The translations under genes were made by a program, and so were the position numbers. This document shows, piece by piece, positions 29,775 through 40,086 of a stretch of DNA of 64,000 nucleotides. The DNA lies in assembly GCA_963791045.1 (NCBI GenBank), contig CAWBQK010000009.1:160001-224000 (forward strand), read 5' to 3'. This DNA comes from Candidatus Latescibacterota bacterium (lineage in GTDB: Bacteria > Krumholzibacteriota > Krumholzibacteriia > WVZY01). The notes under the pieces were generated by a model, which saw only the letters and a program-made list of their open reading frames with translations, ran no database searches and was not told the DNA's origin. Each line of letters opens with the position of its first letter. Position 1 is the first letter of the stretch.

Positions 29775-31100
29775 GTGACGGACGCCGGTCAAGAATCGCG
29801 GGGCACCCCCAAACGGGCATTGTCGCTCTTTGATTCCACGTGTCTCATTGTTGGAATCATTATCGGCGCCGGTATCTATCAAACGGCGCCCGATGTCGCC
29901 AAGGGTGCGGGTGCGTGGTGGGGTGTGCTCGCCATCTGGATGGTCGGCGGTCTTCTGTCGCTCTTTGGCGCCCTCGGGTACGCCGAGCTTGCCTCGGCGT
30001 ACCCCCGGGAGGGCGGCGACTACGTCTACCTCGGCCGCGCGTACGGCCCCTGGGCGGGATTCTTGTTCGGATGGATACAACTCGTCGTGGTGCGTCCCGG
30101 AGACATCGCCGTCATGGCGTTTGCGTTCGCCATGTATGCGCGAACCATCTATGACCCGTTTGCCGGGACGTCGTTCGCGTACGGCCAGCAATTCTACGCC
30201 GTCGCCGCCGTGGTTGTTCTCACTTTGATCAATGCCGCCGGTGTGCGCGAAGGAAAGTGGACACAAAATCTTTTGACTTCGGTCAAGGTTCTCGGTCTGC
30301 TCGCCATTGCCGTTGTCGCCGTCGTCGCGCCGCGCGGACAGTCGACACCGATTTCAGTGGATCCCTTTCCCTTGAGTGTCGCGATGATCCTCGTTCTCTT
30401 CACTTTCGGTGGCTGGAACGAGATGGCATATGTCGCCGCGGAGGTCAAGAACCCCAAACGCAACATCGTTCGGGCCCTCGTTCTCGGCACCGTCGCGGTG
30501 ACCGTTATCTATCTTCTCGTGAACGGGGCGTTTCTTTACACGCTTGGGTACGAAGGGACGGCGACATCGTCGGCCGTCGCCGTCGATGCCGTGTCGGCGG
30601 TCTTCCCCGAAATTGGCGGACGTTTGATTGCCGCGTTGATTTGCATATCGGCGCTCGGCGCCGTAAACGGACTTGTGTTTGCCGGGGCACGGATATCGTA
30701 CGCGGTGGGCGCCGATCACAAAGCGTTTCGGATGGTGGGGCGTTGGAGCCAAAGGCGCGGGACGCCGGTGCGAGCTTTGCTCCTCCAGGGGGCGATCGCC
30801 ATCGCGCTCATTATCATACTGGGGACGTTTATCAATTCGATCCTCTATACAGCGGCCGCGGTGTACACGTTCTACCTCTCCACAAATCTTGCCGTGATCG
30901 TGCTGCGGTTCAAAGAGCCCGGGGTGGAGCGGCCTTATAAAGTCACCGGCTATCCCGTGACGACACTCGTTTTCTGCGCAGTGTGCGCTTTTCTCATATA
31001 CGGCGCGATCACATACAAGCCGTGGATCGCGGTGAGTTCGTGCGTGCTTCTATTGCTCGGGCTTCCCGTCTACTGGCTGACGACGAGAAGACGTGCGTAA
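29775..31100 (+). CDS. APC family amino acid permease
   Basis: GIIIGAGIY, YAELASAYPREGGDYVYL, FTFGGWNE, EVKNPKRN, RPYKV. Confidence 0.92.
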   Translation: MTDAGQESRGTPKRALSLFDSTCLIVGIIIGAGIYQTAPDVAKGAGAWWGVLAIWMVGGLLSLFGALGYAELASAYPREGGDYVYLGRAYGPWAGFLFGWIQLVVVRPGDIAVMAFAFAMYARTIYDPFAGTSFAYGQQFYAVAAVVVLTLINAAGVREGKWTQNLLTSVKVLGLLAIAVVAVVAPRGQSTPISVDPFPLSVAMILVLFTFGGWNEMAYVAAEVKNPKRNIVRALVLGTVAVTVIYLLVNGAFLYTLGYEGTATSSAVAVDAVSAVFPEIGGRLIAALICISALGAVNGLVFAGARISYAVGADHKAFRMVGRWSQRRGTPVRALLLQGAIAIALIIILGTFINSILYTAAAVYTFYLSTNLAVIVLRFKEPGVERPYKVTGYPVTTLVFCAVCAFLIYGAITYKPWIAVSSCVLLLLGLPVYWLTTRRRA

Positions 31101-31492
31101 GCCAACGTGAAACCAAACGCCGATCACGTCGTCGCTCGCATGACAAAACCCACCCTCACCCTCCCCGCCGATCGTGTGGTCATTCACATCATTATTGTTT
31201 TATTTTATTCCCAAAAACATTCTTGATTTTGTTCTTGACGTGTTTTCAGACGGGCTGTTTTCAATATCGTGTATACGCCTCCTATTCGACGCGCACACGC
31301 GATTTAGTGAAATAAGAACCGCTCTTTTCTAAACTTCGACATTTTTGATTCGTCGGCGTGTTTTGTCATTCCACCCGCCGCACACGGCCCTCCAAAAACC
31401 CCATGTTATAATACAAGTGTTGACGATCCTCCCCGTTGACATGTGCAGCTGTCGTAAGTCAACACACGACGTCTTTCCCCGGGAGGGTTCCC

Positions 31493-32796
31493 ATGTCTTC
31501 CAATCAATCGCTCGCCGGTCTATCCGACAACGCTCTTCTCTCTCGTCTTCACAAACTCGTCACCCACGAAAAGCAAACCACACTCTCTATACTAGAGCAC
31601 CTCGCCGAGGTCGACCGGCGGGACCTCTATCTTTTGTACGGCTTCAGTTCCCTTTTTGATTATTGCGTCGGCGACCTTGGGTACTCGCGTTCGGCGGCCG
31701 GCAGACGAATCGCATCGGCCCGATGTATCCGTCGTCACCCCGAAGTGTTCGCTCTTCTCGAATCGGGTGACGCCAATTTGTGCACCGTTGGACTCGTGGC
31801 GCCCATACTCGATGACGAGAATAAGGATCTTCTTCTCAGCGAGATCTGCGGCAAAACCAAACAGCAGGTCGAGTCGATCGTGTCCAGGTACAAGCCGCCC
31901 ATCGCCTACCGTGATCGTGTTCGCCCCGTGCGCGTGGCCGTCCCTCAATCGAGGGCAAAACACCCAGAATCGCCGTAACCCATTGATTTTTAACTCCCAC
32001 TGCGGGAGTGCTCATCGAACTAATTCCGGGATAGTTGAAGCCGGCTTCGAAGCAGTCGTCCGGCCCGGAAAAGCCCGGTCGGCGAGACGAGTCCGAGCGT
32101 AAAAATCGAAAAACGGATGCTCATTCAGTTTCTCGCTAGTGAGGAGTTCATGGCCAAACTCGAAGAGGTCAAGTCTCTCCTCTCGAACAAGATACCGAGA
32201 CGGCCAAGTTCGAAGATGTATTCGATGCCATGATGGACGAGTTCATCGACCGCCACAGTCCAAAGAAACGGGAAGAGAGGCGTGAAAAGCGCCGTTACAC
32301 CGGCGCGCGGGTGACACAGAAGAGATCAGGCACGGGTGGCGCCAAGGGGGCCCCCACAACGAGTGAGCGTTCGCGAGCGCAAGCAGGACTCGCTATACCT
32401 CATGAATCCACGCTCGTAAAAGCGAGCTCGTGTGGGCTCCCCACTCAGGCAGCAGAAGCATCTGTGCAGGACATCCCGCACTCCGCTTCGCTTCGGGAAA
32501 TCGGCGACAGGACCCGTGCCGACAAGCGGCGACAGGACCCGCGCCCCCGATACATTCCCGCGAAGACTCGCGACGCAGTTTTCAAACGCGACAATGGAAA
32601 GTGCACGTACGTGGGAAAGACCGGCAGACGATGCGGGTCCACACACAACCTTCAAATCGATCACATAGTGCCGTTTGCGCGGGGCGGGAAAAACACGCTC
32701 TCGAACCTGCGATTACTGTGCGGAAAACATAACCGGCTGGAGGCCAAAAGAATTCTTGGAGCGAATACGATGAATCAATTTGTCAGGAGAGAGTAG
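31493..32796 (+). CDS. HNH endonuclease with DUF222-like helical N-terminal domain (about three frameshifts)
   Basis: LSDNALLSRL...HLAEVDRRDLY..GFSSLFDYC..LGYS N-terminus; central FMAKLEEVKSLLSNK; C-terminal RYIPAKTRDAVFKRDNGKCTY..C....LQIDHIVPFARGG....NLRLLCGKHN. Confidence 0.8.
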
Positions 32797-32841
32797 CCGA
32801 GTGACACCAGGTCCTTGCGGTCGCACGTGAACACACCGGCA

Positions 32842-35414
32842 TCAAAAGCTCACCGTCAAGCCCAGCACCAAATCATCACGGTGGACCCGGGCGTCATTGG
32901 GAACGTCACCCAGTGTGTCGAAGAGAAATTCGAGGCGATCGAGGGAAATCGCGGATAAATCGAGTCCGAGATTTTGCAGGTATCTGGCGTATTCAATACG
33001 AATCGCAATATCGGTTCCGCCGGGCAGTTTTCCCGAACGTTTCCATGGGATGAACTCAAACCCGAGCCCAAAATGCCAGACGTTCGGCCAAATACTGTTT
33101 GGTTTTATCCAGTCTGATTCTGATGTCGTAAACAACTCACCGTTCGCCCGGACATTCTCAAGCTTGTACCAGCTCCACCCATACCCACCCTTCAAGTAAG
33201 GCTGAAAGCGCGATGTCGACAGGCTGTACCGGATACTCCCCGCGTACTCCCAGTAGTTGATGTCGGCGCTGTACGAATAAGAGGGAATGTTATTGAAATC
33301 AAGGGTCGCCCCAAACGACGACCGCGAGTTGCGCACGGTGTTCTCGCTCGTGAATCGGCCACCAATATAGAAAGCGATTTGCAAAAACGGCATCACCGAG
33401 TCATCCATGTACTCGCTGCCGCCGGTCACCACGGTCGTACTATCCCCGCCGTTCAGCACTATATGAAAAACAGGTTGGAGAAGAAACTCATCGTACTGGG
33501 CCGGATTCAGCGCCAGAGAGGTGAAATCGTCGTCAAAACTCTGAACTGAAACACCCGACGACAATCCGACGAAACGAAACGGGACGCCTTCTTTGGGATA
33601 ATAAATGGGATCGCGGCGCCCGAATGCGCGTTTGAAAGGATAGGCCACGATGCGTGTCAGAAAATCGAGCGGAGGGAGGTTCAATAAGATCAGCGGAGCA
33701 TTCAAGTAACCGAAATCGTTGCGAAAGCTGTCCTGGGGCCCCAGCGGAAAGATTGACGGCAACGTATGGGGCTCATAAACAAAGTATCCGGGCGCTGAGC
33801 CCGCGGCGTTCCACCCCGGGTTGAACGACGGACCGATGGGGGCAACGTTTCCCGTATCGAAGTGTTCGAGCACCCCCGCAAAGGGCGATATTGTCGCGGG
33901 GTATCCCCAGCGAATCGGAAGAACGAGCCAACTCCAGTCTCTTCGCGCTCGCGCATTCGTGTGCGTGTGATCGATAACCCGCTCCCAGTCGGGAACGAGG
34001 CACAGCCGATCCGGGCTTGCGAGACCGATTACGCTTCCCCGCTTGAACACCGGGCCGGTGGTTGTCTTGCCCGCCTCGAGTTGTTTCCAGTATTTCCTGG
34101 GATCTACATGCACCGCAATCTGATCGTTCGTCCCCCCGGTCCCACGGCCTGGTAGCGGCCGGGCAGCGGATAGGTGCCGTGCGGGTTGCGGTTCTTCCCG
34201 CCCGGAGGCGCCATCATCTGATCAAACCCCTTGTTGTCGGCGCCGATATACCCGAACGGATGTGTATTGATTATTATCTCATCATCGTCCACGTAGGCCA
34301 TCTGGCGAATGGCGTTCCAGATCTCGTTTTCGTTGAACCGGAGCTGGGGCCGGTTCTTGATGTCCGCTTTCCATTGATCCCGAGTCTGGTACACATTGGG
34401 GCTCGAGAAATCGAGCGTCATCACAAGGTGATGAAAATAATAATCCGCGCGCTGAATCACCAGCGGGTCGGCCGCGTCGTCGGTCGCCGCGAGAGCGCCT
34501 GTTAAAATGTCGTTGATTGTCTTCGCGGACAGCGGCCGCTCCACCATGCTTCTCGGGGCCACCACGACATTCATGTGCTCCCAATCCCCCTCGTGGTTCA
34601 TCCCGCTGTCATTGCTCGGATAGAAGAACCAGTACTGGAACACCAACTCGTAACCCCATACGGCGCCCTTGTCATCCACGGCGCTCCGAATAAACGGATG
34701 CACGTATGCGTGCGGGAAGGACGCCCGCTTTTCTTCCGGGGTCTTGTCGAACTCGGCCTCGAATCCCACTTCCCAGTTTTCCGGTCCCTCTCCCGGCCAG
34801 TTGAAAAACATAACGGTGAAGAGGTCGGGACGTTCCCTGACAATTCTGTCGTTGAGGGCTTTTTCCTCGAATCTCGAAGGGGAATACCGCTCCAGGAGTT
34901 CCCTGAGCTTACAGTCTTCAATCGCGGCATCGGCGGTTGCTTCCGGATGTTCATCGCTCGCATTCCCGAGGAGTGACGGATCACACTCCGTCTCGCCGAG
35001 TATGGAGAAATTGATACCCATCGACCCCAGCAGCTCGGGCGCAGTATCGGTCACATTCCACGTGTCCACATGCAGAGAAAAATCATCCCGGTTTTCGATA
35101 TAGGTATCAAAGTTGGTTGGCAGGTTCGTCGTGTTCTGCACGAGATACGGCGCAAACCGGACGGCCAACGCCATCAAAACGTCATATCTTTTGTCGTCGA
35201 TGCCATCGACCGGGTTTATGTCCCGGTAGTCTGGGTCATCGCGGTCCCCGTACAAGCGCAGTGCGTCCGACGCGGCGGTCTGCTGAACCAGGCGCGGGGC
35301 GCTTAATGGTACGTGTGTGAGATACTCACCTCGCGGCACCTCAGCCGATCGTACATTGCCGACCCAGACGGCAATCACAACCGAGAACACGATAAACAAT
35401 ATGGTGGTTTTCAT
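32842..35414 (-). CDS. Large exported protein with HEGDWEH (Vps62/NPP1-like) domain and C-terminal beta-barrel-like region (frameshift near 34110)
   Basis: Signal peptide; RFAPYL, QYWFFYPSND..NHEGDWEH; second ORF has amphipathic strands, QPYLKGGYGWSWY and terminal GLTVSF. Confidence 0.55.
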
Positions 35415-35615
35415 TTTTCTCTATTCGGATGGTTGGGCCGAGATTCATGGCGGCGTCTGGTTCCAATTTCGCCGCGGCGGCATGGTTGGGTGTTCTGTTT
35501 TGCCGAGACCTGGATTATAACTATAGTATGGGCCAGGGTCAACACAACGAAGACCGGCGTCGGCCGCCGGTCTTCGCACTCTGACTCTGTCTTACGCGAG
35601 ACCGCGCTTCAAGAG

Positions 35616-36858
35616 CTACCCCTTATGGCTCGCCCGAAGCTCTGCCGCCTTCTCCTTGATCTCGGCGAGATCGCGCACCATCTCGCTCCACCCATACCAC
35701 AACGCGTAGTCGGGGTTCGCGTGAAACGTCCCCTGGAACGCGCGCATCCGGTGCTTGAGATGCATCTCGAAGAGCGTCTGCTCGATCGGTCGTCGGGGCG
35801 TCGTGGAACGTGAGAAGATCGGGGAACGCGTATGTGTAACCTTCGGGCTTGGGAATGATTCCGTCCTGATAGAGCCCGGCGATAATACGAATCGCTTCGG
35901 CAAGAAGGTGATCGGCTTCACGGATCATGTCGTCACCCTTGGCGAGCTCCGCCTTGGCAAAGTTCTCGGAATGACAGTCGCCGCAGATCGCGATCATCTT
36001 GTTGCGTTCCGCGTCAAAGGCTTCCTGCGTCAGACGCGCCACATCGGCCGCCTTGACCACGTCGAGCCTCGCCGTCGGATTGCCCTCGGGGTCGAGCACG
36101 CCGAGCGCCTGGAGAATCGTGACCTGGTCGGCTTTCCACTGTTCGTCTTCGGGCAGAGGCAAACGCACAGCAAGGAATCCCCACGCGGTGCGGACTTCGT
36201 GGTTGCCCTCGGGCATGTGACATGTCTGGCATGTCGGCGCCGCGGTGGTCTCGGGCAGCGTTCCGTTTTGCTTCAGCAGATGACGGACACCGTGCTTCGA
36301 GGCCGACCACATCTCCCACTGGGGATGGTCGAAACCCATGTGGCAGGTCTGGCAGGCCTGCGGTTCGCGGGCTTCCTTGACCGAGAAGGTGTGGCGTGTG
36401 TGGCAGGCATCGCACGAGGCGTGGCCGAACATGGACCCCTGGGCTTTTAGTGCCTCGATCTCTTCATCGGACTTGAGCCCGATCTTGTGGCAGCCGCCGC
36501 ATCCCTTCATTCCCGGTCCGAGCGCCATCGGCAGCGCATGTGTCGTCGGCATCGCGTTGAAAGGCGCCCACGCGAGAGCGTGCTTCCCCGCCGAGAACTG
36601 CGTCATCTGCGTATCGTGACACTCGCCGCAGGTCGCCGCGGTGATCGTCGTGATCTTGTCGACATCGTCGGCCGACGTGTGACCCTCGCCGTGACACGTC
36701 GCGCACGTCACATCGTTACTCTTGTGCAGACTGATCTCCCAGTCGGTCACGATGTTCGGCGTGATCTCTTTGTGGCACTTGATACACGCGTCATCGGCGG
36801 CAGCCGCCGCGACGGCAACGAGCATCAGTGCCGAAAAAACCCAAAAGACCTTTTTCAT
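35616..36858 (-). CDS. Octaheme cytochrome c, HAO family (frameshift near 35790)
   Basis: Signal peptide; eight CXXCH (CIKCH, CATCH, CGECH, CGGCH, CDACH, CQTCH x2, CGDCH); CHTRHTFS..EAREP..C..CHMGFDHPQWE.W..SKHG; tail GTFHANPDYALWYGW. Confidence 0.85.
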
Positions 36859-36950
36859 GGTCTTCCCCCTTCTAATAACAGTTCGCAAACCATACAAACC
36901 ACGTTTTTCACATGGCCGGAGAAAGAAAAGTCCCCGGCGCTAAAAAGCTC

Positions 36951-37370
36951 TTAACCGCAAAACGGTTTGCTCGGTGTTTTTTCGGTGATGAGTTCCGCGA
37001 TGGTCGCGTCGCCGAGGAGCCGCTCGATCTCGGCAATCGCGCTGTCGAGTCTGTGATGCACGGGACAAAGTTTGTCGTTGTGGGATTCGAGACCCAGCGG
37101 GCATTTCGTGATCCGCTTGATCGGATCTACCACGTTGATCACGTCGAGAAGTGTCAAATCCTCGGGGCTCACGGCCAACGTGAACCCGCCGTTGAGACCC
37201 CTCTGGGAACTCACGAGATCGGCGCGCCCCAGTGTCTGCAGGATTTTCGACAGATACCCCGAAGGCACTTTTGTCGCCTCGGCAATCTGCTGGTTCGTTT
37301 TTGCCGTTCCCCTCTGGACCGCCAGCCAGACGATTGTCCGAAGTGCATACTCGGCTGTTTGCGAAAACAA
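36951..37370 (-). CDS. Rrf2 family transcriptional regulator
   Basis: SQTAEYALR, YLSKILQTL, SQRGLNGGFTL, CPLG...CPVH; TTG start with RBS GGAGG. Confidence 0.92.
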   Translation of the reverse strand: MFSQTAEYALRTIVWLAVQRGTAKTNQQIAEATKVPSGYLSKILQTLGRADLVSSQRGLNGGFTLAVSPEDLTLLDVINVVDPIKRITKCPLGLESHNDKLCPVHHRLDSAIAEIERLLGDATIAELITEKTPSKPFCG

Positions 37371-37399
37371 TTCTTGGCCTCCCGTTCATATTTTGGACA

Positions 37400-37462
37400 T
37401 CTGGATCTTGACATCCAGAATAGGATTGCGTAGACTTCATGTCAAGTGGATATTTATATCCA
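37400..37462. promoter_or_regulatory. Two TGGAT-N6-ATCCA operators in the divergent promoter region
   Basis: TCTGGAT-CTTGAC-ATCCAGA (37400-37419) and TGGAT-ATTTAT-ATCCA (37447-37462). Confidence 0.7.
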
Positions 37463-37493
37463 GATGGTCGATTCCAAGGAGAAATAACCTTAT

Positions 37494-38627
37494 ATGCCTG
37501 TAAAAGAAACAATTACACAACAACACGGCATGGACAACGCGATTGCGGATCCCAAGCAGGCAGCCGAGGCGGCGAAGAAGAAGGCCGCCGCCAACCGCCG
37601 CCGGCTGGTTTTCTTCACTCGTCCGGACCGCGCCTTCTCGGTCCGGATGGGGATACAACTCCTGACCTTCGCCATCATCGTGGTAATGGGGGTCCAGTTC
37701 TATAACTGGGTCGGCAACCTCGAGGCGGGCCGGATTGCGGGAACGCGCCCACCGGGAGTCGAGGGCTTTCTTCCCATCGCGGCGATGATCAGCCTCCGCC
37801 ATCTTATCGAGTCGGGCGAGTTCTCGATGATCCATCCCGCGGGTCTCGTGATCTTTTCGCTCGTCTGCCTTACCGGTCTATTATTGAAAAAAGCATTCTG
37901 TTCGTGGCTCTGCCCCGCGGGCACCATCTCCGAGTACCTGGCACGTTTGTCGTTCGTGATTTTCAAACGCCGGATCAAGATCCCCGCGTGGCTCGACTAC
38001 CCATTGATGTCCCTCAAATATCTGATCCTCGGCTTTTTTGTCCATGCGGTGGTATTTCGAATGACGCCGGCGGCGATTTCTTACTTTCTTGAGTCGCCGT
38101 ACAACCAGGTGGCCGACATCAAGATGCTCTACTTTTTTACGAACATCTCACCCTTTGGTCTCAAGATCCTGATCGGGCTCCTGCTTCTTTCGTTTGTGAT
38201 TCCCTACTTCTGGTGCCGGTACCTTTGTCCGTACGGCGCGCTCCTCGGGTTGTTGTCAATGATCTCACCGCTAAAAATCCGCCGGTCACTGCCGGACTGC
38301 ACCAGCTGCGGAAAATGCGCCGCCGTCTGCCCCAGCTACATCGCCGTCGACCAGAAACGCACGGTGTCATCGCCGGAGTGCACGGGTTGCCTCGAGTGCG
38401 TCGTCCACTGTTCGGTCAGCAACGCCCTGGCCGTCAAAACACCGGGGCCGTTCGCCCGAACCGTCAAACCGGTCGTTTTCGCCGTGCTCCTCGCAATGCT
38501 TTTCTACGGCGGGATCGGCATGGCCAAGATCGCAAGACGCTGGGAATCGAATGTCAATCAAGAGGAAATAATGAAACGCGTGCAGGACGGCATCTACGGC
38601 CCCGAATACGGGCACTTTGGCCGTTGA
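37494..38627 (+). CDS. Membrane 4Fe-4S protein, YccM/NapH/MauN family
   Basis: RPPGVEGFLPI, FCSWLCPAG, WCRYLCPYG, CTSCGKCAAVCP, CTGCLECVVHC. Confidence 0.85.
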   Translation: MPVKETITQQHGMDNAIADPKQAAEAAKKKAAANRRRLVFFTRPDRAFSVRMGIQLLTFAIIVVMGVQFYNWVGNLEAGRIAGTRPPGVEGFLPIAAMISLRHLIESGEFSMIHPAGLVIFSLVCLTGLLLKKAFCSWLCPAGTISEYLARLSFVIFKRRIKIPAWLDYPLMSLKYLILGFFVHAVVFRMTPAAISYFLESPYNQVADIKMLYFFTNISPFGLKILIGLLLLSFVIPYFWCRYLCPYGALLGLLSMISPLKIRRSLPDCTSCGKCAAVCPSYIAVDQKRTVSSPECTGCLECVVHCSVSNALAVKTPGPFARTVKPVVFAVLLAMLFYGGIGMAKIARRWESNVNQEEIMKRVQDGIYGPEYGHFGR

Positions 38628-38683
38628 TGATTTCATCATCACGCGCACGCAGTACACAGTAACAACCAACACGGAGAATCCAC

Positions 38684-39928
38684 ATGAGCGAACTCATCAA
38701 CAACAATGACAAACGCGTCGAAACGCTTGCCGAAATCATAAAAGGCCTCAAGGAAGGCGGGGACACCGGCGAGGTTAAAAAGAAGCTCGCAGAACTCGTT
38801 CGCACGACGACGAGCGAAGAGATCATCGCAATGGAGCAAAAACTCATCTCCGACGGGATGAGTGTCGGCGAAGTCAAGGGGATGTGCGATCTCCACTCGC
38901 AGGTCCTCGGCGACATGCTCACCGAGAAGATCGAGGCACAGACCACGCCCGGGCATCCCGCAAATACATTTCATGCCGAGAACATCGCGATCCGCGATGC
39001 CGTGGGCGAGATGAGAGATCTCGTCGGATCGATCACACGAATCAAACCTTGCCGAAAAACTCCCCGAGGTTCGCGGTTTCCACGAAAAGCTTCTCGAAGT
39101 CGAGAAGCACTACGCCCGAAAAGAAAATGTCTTCTTCCCCTATCTCGAGCACCACGGCGTCACCGGTCCGTCACAGGTGATGTGGGCCAAGGATGACGAC
39201 ATCCGCGTGCTTCTCAAATCGTTCAGAACGGCGATTGCGGATGACGCGATGACATTTGTTACATGGTCGGCCGGCGCGAAAAATATCGCTCGTCGAAATG
39301 CTCGATCAGATTGAAGAGATGACAAACAAAGAAGATAAACATCCTTCTTCCGATATCCCTCAAGAAGTTGAACGCGGAAGAATGGGCCTGTGTCCATCGG
39401 GACTCACCGCGATTTGGCTTCTGTCTCGTGGAACCGGGGAATGAGTACATGCCCGCCGCCATTGACACAGCGGCCGAAGGTGAACCCGCGGGCCTCGGCG
39501 CCGCCGCTGAAATAATCGGACTCGGCGCGGGAAGCATCACGTCAGATCAGCTAAACGCGCTCGTCAAAGTACTGCCGTTCGATCTCACATTTGTCGATGC
39601 CGACGACCGCGTCGCGTTCTTCTCCGAGGGTGCCGATCGCGTCTTTGCGCGGACACCGTCCATAATCGGCCGCATGGTTCAGAACTGTCACCCCCCACAG
39701 AGTGTCGATGTCGTCGACCGGATTCTGTCCGACTTCCGGTCGGGAACTCAGGATGTCGCCGAGTTCTGGATCAACTTCCAGGGGCGCTTCGTACACATCC
39801 GCTATTTTGCCGTTCGCGACGAAGCCGGCAAATACATGGGCACGCTCGAGGTAACTCAGGATCTGACGCAGCCGAGAGCTCTCGAAGGCGAACGGCGCCT
39901 TCTCGAGTACGACGGCCAGCCGACTTGA
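38684..39928 (+). CDS. DUF438 / hemerythrin-like / PAS domain protein (several frameshifts)
   Basis: MSELINN, EQKLI, MCDLHS, GHP..TF..EN, HYARKENVFFPYLE..G..GP..VMW..DD, PFDLTFVDADDRV, GRMVQNCHPPQS. Confidence 0.85.
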
Positions 39929-40086
39929 CAAATACCTGTGGGTTAACCATATATGTAGCTTGAAATGCGGCACGGTTTCGCCGTAGACTCTACGTTTTCC
40001 CATTGCGGCGGATCCCATCCTGTACGGGCGATCCCGCCGCTTCACTGACCTCGACAATCGTAAAAACCAGACTGAGGAAACGACAC

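Noticed and set aside
31493-32796. IscB/Cas9 or restriction-modification assignment for the HNH gene
   Set aside because: No RuvC or PLMP motifs, no CRISPR array, no adjacent DNA methyltransferase
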